Of a stretch of DNA of 23,483 nucleotides, positions 18,081-23,483 are shown piece by piece (positions within the stretch are counted from its first letter, which is position 1; each line of letters starts with the position of its first letter). The position numbers and the translations under genes are program-made. The stretch lies in the UHGV virus genome UHGV-0227276. One strand, written 5' to 3'. Under the pieces are notes generated by a model. It saw nothing but the letters and a program-made list of their open reading frames with translations, ran no database searches and was not told the DNA's origin. This DNA comes from a virus.

Positions 18081-19114
18081 TGGGAAAGAGTAAGAAGAAC
18101 CGCGCTGCGGCGACGAAACAGATCCAGCTTAAAAGTCAAACTACAGCCGAAGCATTCAGCTTCGGCGATCCCGTTCCTGTTCTGGACCGCCGAGAACTGC
18201 TGGATTATGTGGAATGCGTACAGATGGACCGCTGGTATGAGCCGCCCGTCAGCTTTGACGGACTGGCGCGCACCTTCCGCGCTGCCGTTCATCATAGTTC
18301 CCCGATTGCAGTAAAGTGCAACATTCTGACCAGCACCTACATCCCTCACCCGCTGCTCAGCCAGCAGGCTTTTTCGCGTTTTGTGCAGGACTATCTGGTA
18401 TTTGGTAACGCCTACCTGGAGAAACGCACGAACCGCTTCGGTGAAGTTATCGCCCTTGAACCTGCCTTGGCAAAATACACCCGACGCGGGTTAGACCTGG
18501 ATACCTACTGGTTTGTGCAATACGGTATGACCACGCAGCCATATCAGTTCACGAAAGGCAGCATCTTTCATCTGATGGAACCGGACATCAACCAGGAGAT
18601 CTACGGCCTGCCCGGTTATCTTTCTGCTATTCCATCCGCCCTGCTCAACGAGTCTGCCACGCTGTTCCGCCGCAAGTATTACATTAACGGCAGTCATGCA
18701 GGCTTCATCATGTATATGACCGACGCCGCGCAGAACCAGGAAGATGTGAACAACCTCCGCAACGCGATGAAAAGCGCCAAAGGCCCTGGCAACTTCCGCA
18801 ACCTGTTTATGTACTCGCCTAACGGCAAAAAGGACGGGCTTCAGATCATCCCGTTGTCAGAAGTCGCAGCGAAAGATGAATTTCTGAACATCAAGAACGT
18901 GAGCCGGGACGACATGATGGCTGCACACCGCGTACCGCCTCAGATGATGGGAATTTTGCCGAATAATGTTGGGGGGTTTGGGGATGTGGAGAAGGCAAGT
19001 CGGGTATTTGTTCGTAATGAATTAATACCTTTGCAAAAACGTTTCGAAGAATTAAATTTATGGCTAAAAAATAATATTATTACATTCAAAGAATATCAAC
19101 TATCCCTAGACTAA
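18077..19114 (+). CDS. Q: portal (capsid) protein Q (P2 gpQ-like), 345 aa; last ~30 codons AT-rich
   Basis: MMGKSKKNRAAATKQIQLKSQTTAEAFSFGDPVPVLDRRELLDYVE...; C-terminal LIPLQKRFEELNLWLKNNIITFKEYQLSLD uses AT-rich codons unlike the rest of the gene. Confidence 0.9.
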   Translation: MMGKSKKNRAAATKQIQLKSQTTAEAFSFGDPVPVLDRRELLDYVECVQMDRWYEPPVSFDGLARTFRAAVHHSSPIAVKCNILTSTYIPHPLLSQQAFSRFVQDYLVFGNAYLEKRTNRFGEVIALEPALAKYTRRGLDLDTYWFVQYGMTTQPYQFTKGSIFHLMEPDINQEIYGLPGYLSAIPSALLNESATLFRRKYYINGSHAGFIMYMTDAAQNQEDVNNLRNAMKSAKGPGNFRNLFMYSPNGKKDGLQIIPLSEVAAKDEFLNIKNVSRDDMMAAHRVPPQMMGILPNNVGGFGDVEKASRVFVRNELIPLQKRFEELNLWLKNNIITFKEYQLSLD

Positions 19115-19119
19115 TTAAT

Positions 19120-19140
19120 AACCACCTCTATGAGGTGGTT
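19120..19140. terminator. hairpin between convergent Q and cargo gene (possible bidirectional terminator)
   Basis: AACCACCTC-tat-GAGGTGGTT, a 9-bp stem directly after the Q stop codon. Confidence 0.4.
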
Positions 19141-19161
19141 AACAAGAATAAACCTAATTAA

Positions 19162-20547
19162 TTACTCATCTACTCTGATTTTTTGTTTTTTATTATTTTG
19201 AGTTAAGACATTTATGGTAATAGATGTATACGGATGAAAGTCAGGCACTATACTTTTAACCTCTCCATTTTCAAGAAAATGATGTGCTATTGAAGGAAAT
19301 AAATCAGGATCTACAGGATATTTAGCATTAGGATTATGATACATATTTAAACCTTCTGCCCATGTTTCTGTAATATCGCCTTCTTTCACTTCAAAACTAA
19401 ATGCTGCTGGATATAATGCCTCTGGGTCATGATCATGGCAGTAACCACTCCTAAATAATCTAAGGTCACTTCTTCCAAAACCAGCCAGTTTTCCCATCCG
19501 ATTAAACTTCGATATAGTACCACTATTAGAACTAAGGACGGCCGAAATATTTTCAGACTCATCCAAGAAGAAAAAGCCTGAAGGAATTTCCTTTTTCTCA
19601 AATTGATGCGATATAATTTTCTTAGTTGCTAAACTGTAACATCCATCTTCAGATTTAACATGCTCATAGCGAATACCATAAAGATACTGCCAAAGTGCAC
19701 TATGGGACCAAATCATAGAGTTTGGTTCATGAAAATCAGCAATTGCGAAAATTAAAGGATTCCCCTTAACATGTTCTAGATCCCAGTATCGAGTTTTCTT
19801 TTTCAGTTTAGAATAGAGAGAACTTCCAAATTTAATCGGCATATAATTCTCTATTTTCTCTAGCAATTCTTCCTTACTTTTAGGTTCAGATAGCATTTCA
19901 GATGATTGATTAATATCATTCCCTGTTGGATTAACCGTTACAGCTTCAATGCAAATAGTATTACCATACTTACGTGCCACATAATCAGGGGCATTAAACT
20001 GCCTATCTAGCCAAAAGTGTTCCTCTCGTAAATATGCGAAAAGATATAACTCCCATAGCCGGGCATCAAAACCTGTTGTCTGAAACTGCTCTATAAAATT
20101 CCCGTCGACATCCTCAAAATGATTCATCATTTCCTTGATTATCCCTGTTGCAGGCGACCAGTTCGCATATTTACCAAATAATGAAAAATGATGATGAAGT
20201 TTATCTGGTGTAACTATAGGTGTGAATAAATCCATTGCTTTATAAGTTTCATCACCTTGTGGAAATACTTTTACGTTTAATTTAGTATGCTTCCGCATTA
20301 ATTTCTTTAGTTTTGCTCGTGCAGAATTCATTTCTGAAACACTAGTAAATAGGTCAATACATCTATATCTCCCACTTAAGTCTCTTGCTAAAACAATACC
20401 GCTATAATCTTCATCAATTTGATCCAATAATAGTGCCCCTAGCAGGAACTCTCTCGGACTACAGTACCACTCAAACTCATAGCCTAAAAGTTCAGTATTT
20501 GGCATTCTGGTCCAATCAACAAAAGCATTAAACCTCTCTTTACTCAT
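19162..20547 (-). CDS. hypothetical 461-aa cargo protein, AT-rich, no motif recognised; candidate accessory/defense gene
   Basis: Long uninterrupted ORF in AT-rich DNA between Q and the cos-like site; no Walker A or other motif recognisable by eye. Confidence 0.6.
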   Translation of the reverse strand: MSKERFNAFVDWTRMPNTELLGYEFEWYCSPREFLLGALLLDQIDEDYSGIVLARDLSGRYRCIDLFTSVSEMNSARAKLKKLMRKHTKLNVKVFPQGDETYKAMDLFTPIVTPDKLHHHFSLFGKYANWSPATGIIKEMMNHFEDVDGNFIEQFQTTGFDARLWELYLFAYLREEHFWLDRQFNAPDYVARKYGNTICIEAVTVNPTGNDINQSSEMLSEPKSKEELLEKIENYMPIKFGSSLYSKLKKKTRYWDLEHVKGNPLIFAIADFHEPNSMIWSHSALWQYLYGIRYEHVKSEDGCYSLATKKIISHQFEKKEIPSGFFFLDESENISAVLSSNSGTISKFNRMGKLAGFGRSDLRLFRSGYCHDHDPEALYPAAFSFEVKEGDITETWAEGLNMYHNPNAKYPVDPDLFPSIAHHFLENGEVKSIVPDFHPYTSITINVLTQNNKKQKIRVDE

Positions 20548-20634
20548 TTTTTTTATATCAAGAAAGCGTTAGCTCTGTAGTGCATGTCTATGCCGCATGA
20601 GATCGCATGATCGTTTGAGGATCGTTTTTGCTAA

Positions 20635-20659
20635 GGCCCGCCAGAACTGGCGGGCTTTT
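20635..20659 (+). terminator. rho-independent terminator-like hairpin inside the repeat-bounded segment
   Basis: GGCCCGCC-agaact-GGCGGGC followed by TTTT on the plus strand. Confidence 0.45.
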
Positions 20660-20704
20660 GCGTAGATCATGCAGGTGCATGAAAACCACTACATAAAGCG
20701 GGCA

Positions 20705-20723
20705 GGCGTGGCGGGGATACGAG
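20705..20723 (+). other. cos-like motif (resembles the 19-nt cohesive end of 186/P2), in inverted polarity relative to Q/P
   Basis: GGCGTGGCGGGGA... matches the first 13 nt of the 186 cohesive end as I recall it (GGCGTGGCGGGGAAAGCAT; P2 GGCGAGGCGGGGAAAGCAC); located between A and Q where P2-like cos lies. Confidence 0.4.
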
Positions 20724-20749
20724 CGCGCGTATTTGGTCGTTACTTAGCT

Positions 20750-20824
20750 TTTTTTTATCAATAGATTAAGCTAACTTAAGTCTTTTTAGGAAAAAATATT
20801 TTTTCGTGATGAGGTAGAAAGATG
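20750..20824 (+). promoter_or_regulatory. AT-rich promoter-like region with GAGG Shine-Dalgarno and ATG (20822), currently pointing away from the cargo gene
   Basis: AT-rich tract then GAGGTAGAAAG-ATG, reading in frame into the right-hand repeat copy (MSFLDIKKMSKERFNAFVD...) and ending after 41 codons. Confidence 0.35.
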
Positions 20825-20940
20825 TCTTTTCTTGATATAAAAAAAATGAGTAAAGAGAGGTTTAATGCTTTTGTTGATTCAAGGGCTCGTTGTTCAACCT
20901 TGCTGACGCCAGAAGCAAGTTCAGACGCCAGCAACGTTTC

Positions 20941-21174
20941 TTAATGCAGCCAGCTGTCGTCTTCCCACACCTTCTGCATAATTTTCATCACTTGTTTTCT
21001 TTCTTCGTCCAGTTGCAGTCCGGTTAGTTCCACACCGTTAGAGCTACCTTTGCGAATGCGAATTACCGTTTTGGGATACAGGGGGCGCAGATTGCGGTAA
21101 AGCTCGGATTCAAGGGCGTCCAGGGTAGACTGGCTAATCTTCTGCTCTTTATCGATCATTATTTCAATGCGCAT
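20941..21174 (-). CDS. DinI-family protein (DNA-damage-inducible protein I-like), 77 aa
   Basis: MRIEIMIDKEQKISQSTLDALESELYRNLRPLYP...IMQKVWEDDSW follows the DinI pattern (E. coli DinI MRIEVTIAKTSPLPAGAIDALAGELSRR...ILQETWESADDW, from memory); GAGGTGA Shine-Dalgarno 5 nt upstream. Confidence 0.8.
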   Translation of the reverse strand: MRIEIMIDKEQKISQSTLDALESELYRNLRPLYPKTVIRIRKGSSNGVELTGLQLDEERKQVMKIMQKVWEDDSWLH

Positions 21175-21184
21175 AAAAGTCACC

Positions 21185-21373
21185 TCAGCTGATGACATCC
21201 ATTGAGCGGTTGTATTCGTGGGTTCTGATTTTTGCCATGAGTTCATCAGTCAATTCAGAAACCCACTGCAGAGCCAGCCCCTTCTCTTCATCACTACACT
21301 CACTAGCCGCTACAAGCTTAAGAAAAAAATCAATGCGCTGGAGCTTCAAAGACTCCAAAAAATAGTCCTGCAT
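21185..21373 (-). CDS. hypothetical 62-aa protein, first gene of the LexA-box operon (possible Tum-like antirepressor part)
   Basis: GGAGGAAAG Shine-Dalgarno then ATG (MQDYFLESLKLQRIDFF...); ends 10 bp before the DinI-like start. Confidence 0.45.
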   Translation of the reverse strand: MQDYFLESLKLQRIDFFLKLVAASECSDEEKGLALQWVSELTDELMAKIRTHEYNRSMDVIS

Positions 21374-21416
21374 CTTTCCTCCTATGACACCACACGCAAT
21401 GCTGTATGCATAACCA

Positions 21417-21432
21417 CTGTTTATATTTACAG
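21417..21432 (-). promoter_or_regulatory. LexA (SOS) box
   Basis: CTGTTTATATTTACAG fits CTGT-N8-ACAG with an AT-rich core, 44 nt upstream of the 62-aa gene start. Confidence 0.6.
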
Positions 21433-21526
21433 TATATAATAATCTTACTGATGTAAAACGATTTTTTACGTTCATCAGCCTGATATGCCTGGTATTATTA
21501 AGAGCACGAATTGTTAACCCGCGTAA

Positions 21527-23137
21527 TTAATACAGGTTCCGCCACTGATCATCTTCCTGCAAACGCTGGTTCCGATAGAAGATACGCAGGCCTGCTCCTG
21601 ACGGAATACTGCCTCCGCGAAGGAGTAAATCGACCTCTTTCTCGCTGCCATCAAATCCTCTGGACTTCAGCTCATACACGAGCTGCAGTCGCTGATGGTC
21701 TGTAATTCGCTGTTTGTAGTCTTTACGCCGTTTCGGTTTCACCAGGCGTAACCTTGCTGCCAGTTCCCGGCGCTCTTTTTTGCTCATACTGTGCAGGTAA
21801 TCGTGCAACTCCTTGTCATCCATGCTGGTAATGTCCGTTCTGGGGTCCCCATCAGCTGATTTATCTTTCTCCTGTTGGTTCAAATTTTCAGCAAGGGGAC
21901 AGTTATTGCCACGAGTCCAAGGGGCGCAAGCGCCCTGGTCGGCTGCCGCCTCCTGAACGTCAACGGCTTTACGAACCATTTTCCACTTCACTGCATGAGT
22001 GCAGATCTTGCCCTCTGCAATGGGTGACCAGATGCCATAAATACGAATACCGTGATCGCCATAGGCGGTCGGCTCTTCGTTGATTTCATAAGCGGTTCTG
22101 ATGAGGTGATATTTACGGGGAACCAGTACGCCGCCCTGCTTCATGATGTAGGTGGCAAAGCAACCAGCATCAGCTGCAGCCAGAATGGCATCAAGGCGCG
22201 GGTTATCCAGTACCGGCGCACCTGCTTTTTTGTCACCCTGTTGCCTTGCCGCCTGACCAGCCAGCAATCGCAGTTCACGGTAAGCCTGACGCCCCGGAAT
22301 GCCAAAGAAGCGGAATTGCTGAACACGATGCAGAGACGCCCAGGCATTAACGTATTCAGCGTTATCACGCAGAGATTTACCCGTTTCCTTGCTGATCTCG
22401 CCAGCCAGACCACGCCCGTCAATGTTCTTACTGATATATTTCGCGATGTAGCTTGTCGGCGTTCCTTTACGCGGGTTAATCAACTCAGACTTAAAGCGCG
22501 GCCCAGTGTTATTGCCCAGCTCCTCGCGGTCTTCACGGATGGCAAACTTACGCAGTAATGCAGTGATGGCGCGGCGGTCTTTTTTGCGCATAAAACACAA
22601 CAGGTGCCAGTGAACTGTACCGTCATGATGCGGCTCAGCCACCCGCACGCCATACCAGCGCAATCCGGCTTTGTGCATCGCCTTACGAAATGCAGCAAAC
22701 ATGCCGACCAGATAGTCGCTGCTTTGTCTTACCGTCGAGTTTGTCCAGGTCGGGTTGGGTCTGCCGTTATTGAGCGTGGAATGGAAACGCGACGGACAGG
22801 TGATAGTGTAGAAAACGGCGCAGTCACTGCGCATTTCCGCGATAAGCTCCAGACCTTTAACACAGGCCATCATCTCATTGCGGCGATGCGCCGGGTTGCT
22901 GCTGCTGGCGTTTACCACATCTTCCATATCCAGCGTGTCGCCGTCTTCGTTCACCAGTTCATGAGAACGGAAAAACTCCAGCGACTTACGGCGCTGCTCA
23001 CGTTTATGCATCACGGCTTCATAGCTGACATAGGGGGATGCTTTTTTGCTGACCAGGCAGACAGCACGCAACTGCTCTTCCCGCCATTCGCAACGCATCT
23101 TCCATAATTTCCGATACCACCAGTCGGCACACAACAT
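21527..23137 (-). CDS. A: replication initiation protein A (rolling-circle initiator, P2 gpA-like), 5'-truncated in this arrangement (536 aa ORF)
   Basis: VHWHLLCF (HUH-like) and YIAKY paired-tyrosine motif; reading frame closes 16 codons upstream of the annotated start, exactly at the edge of a 52-bp inverted repeat. Confidence 0.85.
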   Translation of the reverse strand: MLCADWWYRKLWKMRCEWREEQLRAVCLVSKKASPYVSYEAVMHKREQRRKSLEFFRSHELVNEDGDTLDMEDVVNASSSNPAHRRNEMMACVKGLELIAEMRSDCAVFYTITCPSRFHSTLNNGRPNPTWTNSTVRQSSDYLVGMFAAFRKAMHKAGLRWYGVRVAEPHHDGTVHWHLLCFMRKKDRRAITALLRKFAIREDREELGNNTGPRFKSELINPRKGTPTSYIAKYISKNIDGRGLAGEISKETGKSLRDNAEYVNAWASLHRVQQFRFFGIPGRQAYRELRLLAGQAARQQGDKKAGAPVLDNPRLDAILAAADAGCFATYIMKQGGVLVPRKYHLIRTAYEINEEPTAYGDHGIRIYGIWSPIAEGKICTHAVKWKMVRKAVDVQEAAADQGACAPWTRGNNCPLAENLNQQEKDKSADGDPRTDITSMDDKELHDYLHSMSKKERRELAARLRLVKPKRRKDYKQRITDHQRLQLVYELKSRGFDGSEKEVDLLLRGGSIPSGAGLRIFYRNQRLQEDDQWRNLY

Positions 23138-23384
23138 ACGCGTGCCTTGATGCAGCTTGTGGTGATTTGTATGCCACCGATGACGTTAAGCCAGAAGAAA
23201 TCCGCAAGACATGGGAAAAGGTGGCAGCGGAAACCCTGCGTCTGGATGTCATCCCGCCTGCGTTTGAGCAACTCCGTCGGAAAAGAAACCGCCGTAAACC
23301 CGTGCCCTATGAACTCATTCCGGGTTCGCTGGCGCGTATGTTGTGTGCCGACTGGTGGTATCGGAAATTATGGAAGATGCGTTG
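23091..23384. repeat. 52-bp perfect inverted repeats (23091-23142 and 23333-23384) flanking a 190-bp segment inside the 5' part of gene A
   Basis: Exact reverse-complement match CGCGTATGTTGTGTGCCGACTGGTGGTATCGGAAATTATGGAAGATGCGTTG; both copies encode [15 protein letters not shown] on opposite strands. Confidence 0.9.
23143..23332 (+). other. inverted fragment of the A coding region (63 codons) lying on the opposite strand to A
   Basis: Plus frame ...[52 protein letters not shown] runs in frame into the repeat-encoded [15 protein letters not shown]. Confidence 0.45.
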
Positions 23385-23483
23385 ACTCATTTCAGGCAGA
23401 ATCAGCAGGCCGTCCAGCCCTACATGGCTTGCCATAAAACGAAAAGATGCAGATAGCTGGCTGTCGCGTACATGCTCCAGTCG

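Larger units (their letters stand above)
20514..20879. repeat. 52-bp perfect inverted repeats (20514-20565 and 20828-20879) flanking a 262-bp segment; the repeat carries the cargo gene start codon and first 11 codons
   Basis: Exact reverse-complement match TTTCTTGATATAAAAAAAATGAGTAAAGAGAGGTTTAATGCTTTTGTTGATT with mismatches immediately outside both ends. Confidence 0.9.

Noticed and set aside
20566-20700. GC-rich stretch with several GATC motifs considered as a small RNA gene
   Set aside because: No promoter-terminator pair framing a structured RNA; better explained as the conserved cos-flanking region plus a terminator hairpin
1-23483. tRNA, rRNA, CRISPR arrays, integrase or att sites
   Set aside because: No cloverleaf-like or repeat-spacer structures seen; the integrase end of the prophage lies outside this window

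Overview
This window is the late (morphogenesis) half of a P2/186-like myovirus prophage, read mostly on the minus strand. In order: tail tape measure T, E and E+E' (programmed -1 frameshift), tail tube FII, sheath FI, tail-fibre assembly G, tail fibre H, baseplate I-J-W-V, tail completion S and R, a lysis cassette (spanins lysB/lysC, endolysin K, holin, X), head genes L-M-N-O, then divergently terminase P and portal Q on the plus strand. Beyond Q lies a ~2.4 kb AT-rich accessory island (about 19.0-21.5 kb) carrying an uncharacterised 461-aa cargo gene, a cos-like motif, and a LexA-box-controlled small-protein plus DinI-like operon, followed by the rolling-circle replication initiator A. A second AT-rich moron encoding a 243-aa two-transmembrane protein sits between V and S. 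The most unusual structure is three short segments bounded by perfect inverted repeats (20, 52 and 52 bp) at 5.7 kb, 20.5-20.9 kb and 23.1-23.4 kb; each is inverted relative to the arrangement that would give intact genes. Protein identifications rest on my reading of the translations and on gene order, not on database searches. No rRNA, tRNA or CRISPR array was seen.
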